In this document: one piece after another, positions 40,215 to 48,480 of the stretch | Layout of the letters: the number at the start of each line of letters is the position of its first letter | How positions within the stretch are numbered: the first letter of the stretch is position 1 | NCBI GenBank assembly: GCA_050951325.1 | Contig: JBMNIW010000003.1 | Span: forward strand, 192,001-256,000 | Direction of reading: 5' to 3' | DNA from: Clostridia bacterium | Lineage (GTDB): Bacteria; Bacillota; Clostridia; UBA1212; DUPL01 | DNA: 64,000 bases | Made by a program: the position numbers and the translations under genes | Notes under the pieces: generated by a model | Told to the model about the DNA's origin: nothing | Seen by the model: the letters and a program-made list of their open reading frames with translations, nothing else | Databases searched by the model: none

Positions 40215-41255
40215 TTAGAGCTCCCTTCTAATCTTCTCTATTTTTTCAATATATTTTTTAATATCTCCTTTTTTCAGCATATTTTTGTTCTCATACAACG
40301 AAAACAGCTTGTCAAATCCCAATTCACAAAGTTTTTTGTCTGAAAGCATTTCATCTCTAATTGAGTCATTGTACTGTCTGTAACCCAGATAATGGGCCAC
40401 ATCCCCAAGCAAAGCCTCCATGTGAACATCAAATACAATCTGGGGCGAATTCACCCTCTTGTATAAATTACCGAGAGCATGAACATTTTCCGTTTCGTTC
40501 CTTTTAATGGTTGAGTAAACAGGTTCAACCTTTCCAAAGCGCACGCCCTTGTAAATCATCCAAAGGATTGCAGTAATAGCAATCTGCACCATCAAAAGTG
40601 TAACACCCATGCCGTATACATCGACGCCTCCTGATGCCGACACTCCAACATGGTAATACTCATTAATGGCAACAGTCTTGTACCTGCCTTTTTTTGCAAT
40701 CTCCCCGATTAGCACAAGGCCGTCCGTTGCATACGAATGTTCCTTCTTCATGTAACCGTTTAATATTCTATCTCCATGGGGAAACAAGTAGATCCTTCCG
40801 CCTTTTCCATCCTCAAACACATACTCTTTGTAGTACATTTCTTCCGTTGAGTTTATGGACTCTTCCATGTCCTCTACAATATCCTTGTACATATTAAATT
40901 CATTTTCCTCAATGAAGAACAGAAAGCTGCTGCCCTTTTTAACATGTTCCCTTATGGCTTCAATCTCAAAATCATCAATCAAATAATTAAGTGAAGGCAA
41001 AAGAGAAACACTGAGGCTTTCATCAGGGGTGAATCTTGCATATTTCCTGAAAATTTCCGTCTCATACAGATTCGTTCGCCTGCCGTATTCCTTAACCGAA
41101 AGATAAAAAGCCTTCGCACCTCCATCTTTTACCGAATAGGCGGAATTTGAAAGGTTTTCAAACTGCCGGTCATCATCGGAGATGAGAGAAATTGCCACAA
41201 AAAACAAAACAACAAATACAACACCAAGCACAACAAATCTCAATCGATTATTCAT
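40215..41255 (-). CDS. DUF4350-like membrane protein
   Basis: N-terminal TM, S.YS....G.KAFY, NEYYH, TM followed by RFGK. Context upstream of MoxR. Confidence 0.65.
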   Translation of the reverse strand: MNNRLRFVVLGVVFVVLFFVAISLISDDDRQFENLSNSAYSVKDGGAKAFYLSVKEYGRRTNLYETEIFRKYARFTPDESLSVSLLPSLNYLIDDFEIEAIREHVKKGSSFLFFIEENEFNMYKDIVEDMEESINSTEEMYYKEYVFEDGKGGRIYLFPHGDRILNGYMKKEHSYATDGLVLIGEIAKKGRYKTVAINEYYHVGVSASGGVDVYGMGVTLLMVQIAITAILWMIYKGVRFGKVEPVYSTIKRNETENVHALGNLYKRVNSPQIVFDVHMEALLGDVAHYLGYRQYNDSIRDEMLSDKKLCELGFDKLFSLYENKNMLKKGDIKKYIEKIEKIRREL

Positions 41256-41260
41256 CGTTC

Positions 41261-41947
41261 TCACCTTCCTCCAACCCCCCCCGAAAGGTCGTAGTACAAA
41301 CGCTCCCATTCCAAAAGCTCTTTCATGCCTATATCCCTTTTTCCATACCAAATGTAGTAAAAGGCTTCGAAGAAAGGCTCGCTAGCCTTTGCGATTTCGG
41401 AGTCATTTGCGGAAAGTTCCCTGAAATACTGCCTGTTTGTTTTAAACTTCTGAATCCGTATAAGTTCCCGCTCGTTGAAATTGATAAGCAAAGCCAGGAA
41501 GAAATATCTGAAAGACAATCTGAACTCTTTTATTCTCTTGAATTCCAATGCTAGTCTCAATGGTTCGCTGGGAGTTTTCGTGAACTCCTCAAGCTCGTCT
41601 GAAATATCTTCCTTCTTGAACCTGAATCTTTTACTTTTGATGATTTTCAAAACAAGCTTGACAAGAAAGAAAACCAAAGCCCCGACAATCAGAATTGCCA
41701 AAACATTAATAATCACCCTTGCAACAGGACCCAGTTTGAGGAATTTGCTGCCAAGTGAACCCAGATTAACTCTGCTCAGAATCTCAAAAATCAAATCTGA
41801 AATAAAGTCCATTATCTTTTGCAGTATTTCACCAATAGTCCTAAGGATTTTTTGTAAAAACTTAAACTCTCCAACTTTTTCAGGTTGGAATTCCGGTTGG
41901 GACAATACCTCCTCAATAACACGCTGGGCAAGTTCACGATCGTTCAT
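41261..41947 (-). CDS. DUF4129-like membrane protein
   Basis: VLSQPEF, central TM, KTNRQY, FYYIWYG. Confidence 0.7.
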   Translation of the reverse strand: MNDRELAQRVIEEVLSQPEFQPEKVGEFKFLQKILRTIGEILQKIMDFISDLIFEILSRVNLGSLGSKFLKLGPVARVIINVLAILIVGALVFFLVKLVLKIIKSKRFRFKKEDISDELEEFTKTPSEPLRLALEFKRIKEFRLSFRYFFLALLINFNERELIRIQKFKTNRQYFRELSANDSEIAKASEPFFEAFYYIWYGKRDIGMKELLEWERLYYDLSGGVGGR

Positions 41948-42882
41948 CCTGCCACCTCTCTATCCTTGCCGAACGTGATTCTATCACTTTCGCCTGCAAC
42001 CAAATCACCCAGTTTATTCATAAATTCTATCATTCCCGTTTCGTGCTTCAGGTAAATATACAACTGTGTGGTATGGATGTAAAGTATTGGATGCAAAACA
42101 CTCGATATAGACATAATCAGTGCAGCCAGAATCCGGTTCACCAAAGGATCGTTGAAGATCAGGAAATTATTCAGTGAACGTATGACAAAAGGCAGGGCAG
42201 CGCAGAAAATGACACCAAAGCATATGGGCCAAAAAACTTTCTTTACCCTTCCCTTTGTCATATTCCACGAAAGACTTAATGCCTTGAAGCAGTCAATTCT
42301 TTCAATACTTATTGCATGAGGAATGAAATACAGTCTAATCATAAAATAAACGACAGCGACAATTAATGCAAGGGCAACCTGCGCTCCAATTATTACTTTT
42401 ATTACTCCAAAATCCATAAAGCTGGACAAAAAGGTTAACGCCACTACAAAAGACACAATATTGTATATAAAACCTGTGACAAACGAAACAATAAACAGAT
42501 AAAGAATATACCAAAGGAGGCGTTTGAAACCGTAGGATATTGCCTGTTTTGCAGTGTAGTCAACTCCGTTTACAAGCTTTTCATATGTATGCTTGATAGT
42601 ACCCAGAGAAACTGCATGCAGTATGGTGGCATTGTAAAAACTGTATAGAATTATGCCCAGATAAAGAAGCATGATTTTTATTAAACCCATCTCAAAGTCC
42701 TCCGTCAGCATCATATAGGTCATGTTGTCCACAAAGTTTCCTATGTCAAGAAGGAAAAAAATCAAAAAAGTGACAGGTATATGGAAGAACAAAGTCATGC
42801 CCAAAAAAGTCTTAAGATTCTGTCTATAATACTCAACGGCATAGTCCAAATAATCGCCGCTTTTCAACCTGGTTTTATACAT
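41944..42882 (-). CDS. Multi-pass membrane protein (GDPD membrane-domain-like)
   Basis: About 6 TM, LDYAVEYYR, E..DCFKALSLSWNMTKG, LYIYLK..E. Confidence 0.6.
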   Translation of the reverse strand: MYKTRLKSGDYLDYAVEYYRQNLKTFLGMTLFFHIPVTFLIFFLLDIGNFVDNMTYMMLTEDFEMGLIKIMLLYLGIILYSFYNATILHAVSLGTIKHTYEKLVNGVDYTAKQAISYGFKRLLWYILYLFIVSFVTGFIYNIVSFVVALTFLSSFMDFGVIKVIIGAQVALALIVAVVYFMIRLYFIPHAISIERIDCFKALSLSWNMTKGRVKKVFWPICFGVIFCAALPFVIRSLNNFLIFNDPLVNRILAALIMSISSVLHPILYIHTTQLYIYLKHETGMIEFMNKLGDLVAGESDRITFGKDREVAG

Positions 42883-42900
42883 AATAAAATCTCCTTTATT

Positions 42901-43395
42901 CTAATCTCCCCTACCTGTCAACTCACCCTGCATCAGCATTCCTGGAAATCCCAGCTGCGATACAGCTTCATACAACACAATAGCAACAGAGTTGGAAAGA
43001 TTGAGCGACCTGTAATCCTTCAACATGGGGATTCTTATACACCATTCATAGTTAGCCTGTAAAATTGATTCGGGAAGCCCTTTGGTTTCCTTCCCAAACA
43101 CAAGATAATCTCCGTCCTTGTACTCAACTTCCTTGTATGTTCTTTTTGCCTTTGTAGTGCAAAAATAAAAAGTTCCACCGTTTGACTTCCCAACTACCTC
43201 TTCAAAGGAATCATACAACCTTATATCCATATCGTCCCAATAATCAAGACCCGCTCTTTTCAAATGTTTGTCGGATATCGAGAACCCCAAAGGACCCACC
43301 AAATGCAAAGTCGCCCCTGTACATGCACAGGTTCTGACAATATTTCCAGTATTCTGAGGTATTTCAGGTTCAACCAACACAATATTAAATGCCAT
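42901..43395 (-). CDS. trmL: tRNA (cytidine/uridine(34)-2'-O)-methyltransferase
   Basis: EPEIPQNTGNI, RAGLDYW, FGKETKGLP, RSLNLSN. Confidence 0.95.
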   Translation of the reverse strand: MAFNIVLVEPEIPQNTGNIVRTCACTGATLHLVGPLGFSISDKHLKRAGLDYWDDMDIRLYDSFEEVVGKSNGGTFYFCTTKAKRTYKEVEYKDGDYLVFGKETKGLPESILQANYEWCIRIPMLKDYRSLNLSNSVAIVLYEAVSQLGFPGMLMQGELTGRGD

Positions 43396-43461
43396 GCAAA
43401 CCCTTCTTTTCAAATATAATACTTTAAAATTATACTACATGGAAATATTATTCACAAGTAT

Positions 43462-43502
43462 AAAAACAGAATCGGCAGACGCTTTACGCATCTGCCGATT
43501 CT
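43462..43502 (-). terminator. Intrinsic terminator after bactofilin gene
   Basis: AGAATCGGCAGA...TCTGCCGATTCT followed by GTTTTT. Confidence 0.8.
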
Positions 43503-43540
43503 ACTTGGACAATATATCAATATTCTTCGAACTTACACTG

Positions 43541-44173
43541 TCATATCGCATCTTCTGCGAGCACTCCGCCTATATGGGTATTATCCTTCACAACCTTGAT
43601 CGTTCCGTCAACTATTGCGCCTTCCTGAATTGAGAGGTTTTGTGATTCAATATTTCCATATATTACAGCACAATCCCCCAAGGTTGCAGTGTTGTGAACC
43701 AAGGCGTTTCCTCCCACTTGTCCATTCAGTTCTAGTGATTGGCAAACAATATCACCTTTCAATACTGAACTGTCAGATATTTTTACCATTGTTTCACTCT
43801 TTATATTTCCAACAACATTTCCATTTAGAATCTCAACAGATTTTCCGGTAATATCTCCTTCAACTTCACCCAATATAATTACATTGTTATCGCTTGTAAT
43901 ATTTCCTTTCACAGTCCCATAAACCTTAATGTTACTGTTACTGGAAATTGAACCATTTAAAATTGTCTCCTTGGATATAACGGTATCTGTATTGTTTCCA
44001 TTATTCTCTCCTCTCATTTTTCGTTCCCTTTTTTCCTTCTCCTTAAACTTTTTTTCTTCAACTTCGTTTACCCGTTCGACTTCTTCTGTAATTGTTTCAG
44101 TTCTAAAGATGTCGTAACCTGCAATTAACGCCAATCCTTGCCCCAATAAATTCTTCGACTTAGCATGTCTCAT
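43541..44173 (-). CDS. Bactofilin (polymer-forming cytoskeletal protein) with extended beta-helix
   Basis: TVISKETILNGSI, repeated VxGxI units, LSIQEGAIVDG. Confidence 0.85.
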   Translation of the reverse strand: MRHAKSKNLLGQGLALIAGYDIFRTETITEEVERVNEVEEKKFKEKEKRERKMRGENNGNNTDTVISKETILNGSISSNSNIKVYGTVKGNITSDNNVIILGEVEGDITGKSVEILNGNVVGNIKSETMVKISDSSVLKGDIVCQSLELNGQVGGNALVHNTATLGDCAVIYGNIESQNLSIQEGAIVDGTIKVVKDNTHIGGVLAEDAI

Positions 44174-44240
44174 AGCTCATTCTCTCCTTATTCTCTTTAG
44201 ACTCTTCGCTTATATTGTAATACTTATTTTGTTCTTAATG

Positions 44241-44279
44241 GGGGCAATTATAGTGCAAAAAAGGGCAACATAAGGGCAA
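44241..44279 (-). promoter_or_regulatory. Four phased heptamer direct repeats upstream of the bactofilin promoter
   Basis: Minus strand TTGCCCT, TTGCCCT, TTGCACT, TTGCCCC spaced 11/10/11 bp. TACAAT -10 at 44219-44214. Confidence 0.65.
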
Positions 44280-44282
44280 TCT

Positions 44283-46598
44283 TTACGCCAATCCACACTT
44301 TCTGGCATAAATTATAGCTTCATTTTTGTTTTTCAAGTTTAAAATTTTTAATATTTCAGCCATTAGATACTTTACCGTCCTTTCACTAACATAAAGTTCT
44401 GATGCCACCTCTTTGTAAGTTTTGCCCTCCGCTACAAGAGTAAGAACTGCTATTTGTCTCTGAGACAACATCGATACAGGATCAAATTGCGACTCAAGTT
44501 CCTCTGCCACTTGTAATGCAGTCTCCTGTGATAAAACCGAACCATTGGCAATAATGCTGCTGAGCTCCTGAATGAACTCGTTTGGATTCAGACTCTTTAA
44601 AAGATATCCTGAAGCACCATTCTTGATTGCATCAAAAAGATTCTTTTCATCATCCGACATACTTAAGATAACAATAATCACATGGGGCTTTTCACTTTTA
44701 ATGAGCTTTGTTGCCGTAAGTCCGTTGCACTTTGGCATTTGAAGGTCCATAATCACCACATCCGGCTCCACCAAACGTACCTTTTTCAATGCATCAATGC
44801 CGTCTCTTGCTGTTGCAACAACTTTATATCCATGTTCTGCAAGCAAGCTTTTTAACCCTTCCATAAACAAAACATGGTCATCTGCAATCAAGACCCTAAG
44901 CTTTTCTCCGTTATCCACTTCCATTCCTGCCACATTGACAGGAATGGATATGCTGACAACGGTACCCTTGCCAACGCTGCTTTGAATACCGAAGGATGCA
45001 CCTATGTGTCTTGCCCTCTCATTCATGACATCAATACCGAAAGAATCCAAACTGATACAATCTGGATCAAAACCTACTCCGTTGTCCTCGATGCTGACTA
45101 TCAGTTCCTTGGATTTTTTCCTGAAGGTAATCTTTGCATAATCTGTTTTTGCATGTTTCCTAACATTAGTCAGTGCCTCTTGTATGATTCTGAACAGCTG
45201 CACCGAGGTGGCAATGTTGATGTCTTCATCAACAACCATGTCTGGGTTTTCCACATCCACCCTTATATCAAAACTATTATTGTAATGGGCTAAAAATTGA
45301 TTCAAGGCATAAAAAAATCCTTCTCTGAACAAAGCGGAGCTTTTCATCTCATGAATAAACTCCCTAACTTCCTGGTTCGCTTCCCTGACAACGGATATCA
45401 GACTCTCAATGGTTTTGCCCGCAACCGTCAGATCACCAGTTTCAACCTTGTCTTTTATCATCAAAAGCTGCAAATTGGCATAACTTAATATTTGACCCAA
45501 TGAATCATGCAGTTCCCTGCTCAGTCTCTCCCTTTCCTCAAGCACAGCCAAAGCCTGCTTTTTTTGCTTGAGCTCTGCCTCCGCCGCCTTCGTTTCTGTA
45601 ATATTATGAATAACAACGGTATACCCCATATCCTTCTTGTCATTGCTGAGCGGTGACAAAAACGCCTCGTAGTATTCGTCTCCATACATAAACTCACAAT
45701 AATTTGAATCCTTATTCAAACACATGTTGTGAAGCTCAGGCACTCTTGCAAACACCTCTTTTACCTTTTTCCCAGCAACATCCTTTATTCTAATATCAAA
45801 CAGATTTTCTGCTGCATCGTTCAAATCCATTATCCTGTTCAAATTGTCAATTATAACAACACCGCTGTTCAAATTGTCAATTACTTTCTGCATATTGACA
45901 GGAATAGTTTCCTGTTCCTTGTTAAAGAAGACAAGACTGTATGTAAGAAAAACAAGACTTATGGATACCGGAGTCATGTCATAGTAATTGAACAAAGCAA
46001 AATTAGTAATGATACAATAAACCATAAAAACAGTCAGAGCTGTCAGAGATACCATAATGGCAATTCCCTTAAATCTGTATAATAACTTCCTGTGTAAAAC
46101 AGCTTTTAGTAAAAGTATTGCCGATGCCACAACAAGAGATACACCATAAGCAGTGATAATCCAATACCACAAACCGGCTTCGAATCCTAAAGAAGGATAC
46201 TTGCCGGATGTATTGAGCCACATGTTTTCATATATGTACTTTGACCCCATTATATTCAGCAGGTCGGTAACCAAATTTGGGATGAACAGAAGATATAAAC
46301 GCCAGTCTTTGGTAGTTTTTACCCTGCCAGTTAACTCCAGTGCCCAAATAAACAAAATGGTAGCTGATTTAACTCCCACAAAGTCATTTGCTACAAGGTA
46401 CCAGAACTTTGCCCAGAAAAAGCTTTTGGTTGACACTTGAAATGCAAATCCCGCACACCAGATAGTTACCGCAATCTGTGCCAGCAACCACATAACGTTC
46501 AACTTGCCCGGCCTGTATATAGAATGTACAATTGTGAGTATTGCTATCAATGCTCCGACTATGTAGATCCATACGTTGGGATTGTAAATAAACTGCAT
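44283..46598 (-). CDS. Fused sensor kinase-response regulator (7TM, PAS, HisKA_3, HATPase, REC, LuxR HTH)
   Basis: ERERLSRELHD, QEALTNVRKHA, EDNGVGF, IADDH, MDLQMP, GYLLK, LSQRQ..GKTYKEVASELYVSERTVK. Confidence 0.9.
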   Translation of the reverse strand: MQFIYNPNVWIYIVGALIAILTIVHSIYRPGKLNVMWLLAQIAVTIWCAGFAFQVSTKSFFWAKFWYLVANDFVGVKSATILFIWALELTGRVKTTKDWRLYLLFIPNLVTDLLNIMGSKYIYENMWLNTSGKYPSLGFEAGLWYWIITAYGVSLVVASAILLLKAVLHRKLLYRFKGIAIMVSLTALTVFMVYCIITNFALFNYYDMTPVSISLVFLTYSLVFFNKEQETIPVNMQKVIDNLNSGVVIIDNLNRIMDLNDAAENLFDIRIKDVAGKKVKEVFARVPELHNMCLNKDSNYCEFMYGDEYYEAFLSPLSNDKKDMGYTVVIHNITETKAAEAELKQKKQALAVLEERERLSRELHDSLGQILSYANLQLLMIKDKVETGDLTVAGKTIESLISVVREANQEVREFIHEMKSSALFREGFFYALNQFLAHYNNSFDIRVDVENPDMVVDEDINIATSVQLFRIIQEALTNVRKHAKTDYAKITFRKKSKELIVSIEDNGVGFDPDCISLDSFGIDVMNERARHIGASFGIQSSVGKGTVVSISIPVNVAGMEVDNGEKLRVLIADDHVLFMEGLKSLLAEHGYKVVATARDGIDALKKVRLVEPDVVIMDLQMPKCNGLTATKLIKSEKPHVIIVILSMSDDEKNLFDAIKNGASGYLLKSLNPNEFIQELSSIIANGSVLSQETALQVAEELESQFDPVSMLSQRQIAVLTLVAEGKTYKEVASELYVSERTVKYLMAEILKILNLKNKNEAIIYARKCGLA

Positions 46599-46665
46599 AT
46601 GTCACCTTACCTTCTCTAATCATTCAATGAATTTATCATATCCTTTAAAACCAGTATAAAAACCT

Positions 46666-46701
46666 AAAAACACCTTAACGAATACTGTTTAAGGTGTTTT
46701 T
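46666..46701 (-). terminator. Intrinsic terminator after Gfo/Idh/MocA gene
   Basis: AAAAACACCTTAA...TTAAGGTGTTTTT. Confidence 0.75.
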
Positions 46702-46708
46702 TACAAAT

Positions 46709-47911
46709 TTAACCAGGCTCGCCCTTAATCCATTTCTGCCTAACCATTTCAAATACAGAGTTCGGTATATCTTCATTACTTACTAAGTATCGGATATCGT
46801 CATTTCTGTACTTATCTCTTTCTTCCTTCAGCCTCAGGTTCGGTACCACCTGTGGAGCATTTCCGTTTAATATTGACCTATAAGCCAGGATTCCAGGCAT
46901 ACACATGTCTACAGCTTGATACACGTCAATTGAGTTTTTCCTTGCATCATCATCACCCAATATCTGTCTGACAAAATAGTGAGTGGTGAAGAAATCGCCA
47001 CCACCATGGCCTGCACCTTCTGCATCCTTGATTGTGAACTCAGGCACATACCTGACATGTTCTCCTACACAGTTCCTGTCGCCTTCAAGATACACATGCA
47101 AGTTACCAAATTCCCATCTGTCCGTCTCCATGCTTCCCTTGGAACCATACATCTGGTAGTTGATGCTTCCAGGCTCTCTTTTCAATCCGCCATGGATGCT
47201 TTTAACCATTGCACCGTTTTCAAGCATTACAATTTCCATGCCCGCAGTGCCTGCCTTTGTTCCCAGTTCCCTCATAAACGGCATGTTTCTCGTCTCAAAA
47301 CCCACAACAGAAACCGGTCTCAAGCCAGAGGCAAACAAAATGGGACCCAAAGAGTGTGTGCAGTAGAAAGTCGAATACATCGTATTTCTCCAGTGTTCCC
47401 TCTCACCATAGGTGATCTGGGGCCATATCGAGGAACAGTCGTGTATATACTCGCCTTCTGCATGCATGAGTTCTCCAATATCGCCTCTTTGATACCTCTG
47501 CCTCATTTCAAAGGTTGTGTTAAAGTAGCAGTAGTTTTCTGCGTATTGATATACTTTCCCCGACCTTTCAACTGCCTCGACAAGCTCCACTGCTTCTTTC
47601 AACGTGGCACAGGTGAGAACCTCGCTCATAACATGTCTTCCCGACTCAAGACAACGTATTGCATAAGGAGCATGTTCATTTGCGTAATTTGCCAGAACAA
47701 CGGCATCCATGTCGCATTGTATAAAGTCATCAAAATCAGCAAAAAGCTCCACCTTGACGCCGTGTTCTGAAGCAAGGCTTCTGCACTGTTCAAGCAGCGG
47801 CTCATATTTATCACACACCGCAACCAGACTTGCATCCGGATGATCAATGGCCTGACGAATCATTGTCATGCCCCTATACCCGCCAAAGACTCCAATTTTT
47901 ACTTTAGACAT
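46709..47911 (-). CDS. Gfo/Idh/MocA family oxidoreductase
   Basis: KIGVFG, HVMSEV, YAENY, EGEYIH, YCTHSLGP, GHGGGD. Confidence 0.88.
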   Translation of the reverse strand: MSKVKIGVFGGYRGMTMIRQAIDHPDASLVAVCDKYEPLLEQCRSLASEHGVKVELFADFDDFIQCDMDAVVLANYANEHAPYAIRCLESGRHVMSEVLTCATLKEAVELVEAVERSGKVYQYAENYCYFNTTFEMRQRYQRGDIGELMHAEGEYIHDCSSIWPQITYGEREHWRNTMYSTFYCTHSLGPILFASGLRPVSVVGFETRNMPFMRELGTKAGTAGMEIVMLENGAMVKSIHGGLKREPGSINYQMYGSKGSMETDRWEFGNLHVYLEGDRNCVGEHVRYVPEFTIKDAEGAGHGGGDFFTTHYFVRQILGDDDARKNSIDVYQAVDMCMPGILAYRSILNGNAPQVVPNLRLKEERDKYRNDDIRYLVSNEDIPNSVFEMVRQKWIKGEPG

Positions 47912-47935
47912 AAATCTCCACCTTTATGTTTTTTA

Positions 47936-48448
47936 TCAATCCAATACCAGCGTAGGAGGAGCATATACTCTTGCACCAAACTCTTGGTTAAGCTGATACA
48001 GACCTTTTGATTCTTCAGCATACAACTCGTATTTTCTAATAAGTTCGTCCGTGTTCTTTTCCTCTTCCATTTGCTCCTGGATGAACCAATCGAGGAATTG
48101 CATCGTTCTGTAATCCTTGACGCTTGCCGCCTTTTCATAAATATTGTTGATGGATGCTGTAACAAAAAGCTCATGCTCATATGCACCAACCAATGGATCC
48201 TTAAATGAATTGAACACAAGATCAGGCTTTGCTATAGCCTCAAGCTCAATGGCTTCTCCATTGTTCAACAAGTACCTTCTAAGCAACATGGCATGGTCAA
48301 CCTCTTCCTGTGCCTGGATATAGAACCAGTTGGCAAAACCGTCGAGATTGTTGTAGTCGTAGTAATCAGCCATACTGAGATAAAGATATGACGAATACAA
48401 CTCCTTGTTTATTTGCTCATTAAGTAGTCTTTTAACTTCTTCATTCAT
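47936..48448 (-). CDS. Ferritin
   Basis: QINKELYSSYLY, QAQEEVDHA, HELFVT, FLDWFIQEQMEEE. Confidence 0.93.
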   Translation of the reverse strand: MNEEVKRLLNEQINKELYSSYLYLSMADYYDYNNLDGFANWFYIQAQEEVDHAMLLRRYLLNNGEAIELEAIAKPDLVFNSFKDPLVGAYEHELFVTASINNIYEKAASVKDYRTMQFLDWFIQEQMEEEKNTDELIRKYELYAEESKGLYQLNQEFGARVYAPPTLVLD

Positions 48449-48480
48449 AAGAACTCTCCTCCTTTTTGTATATGCACATA

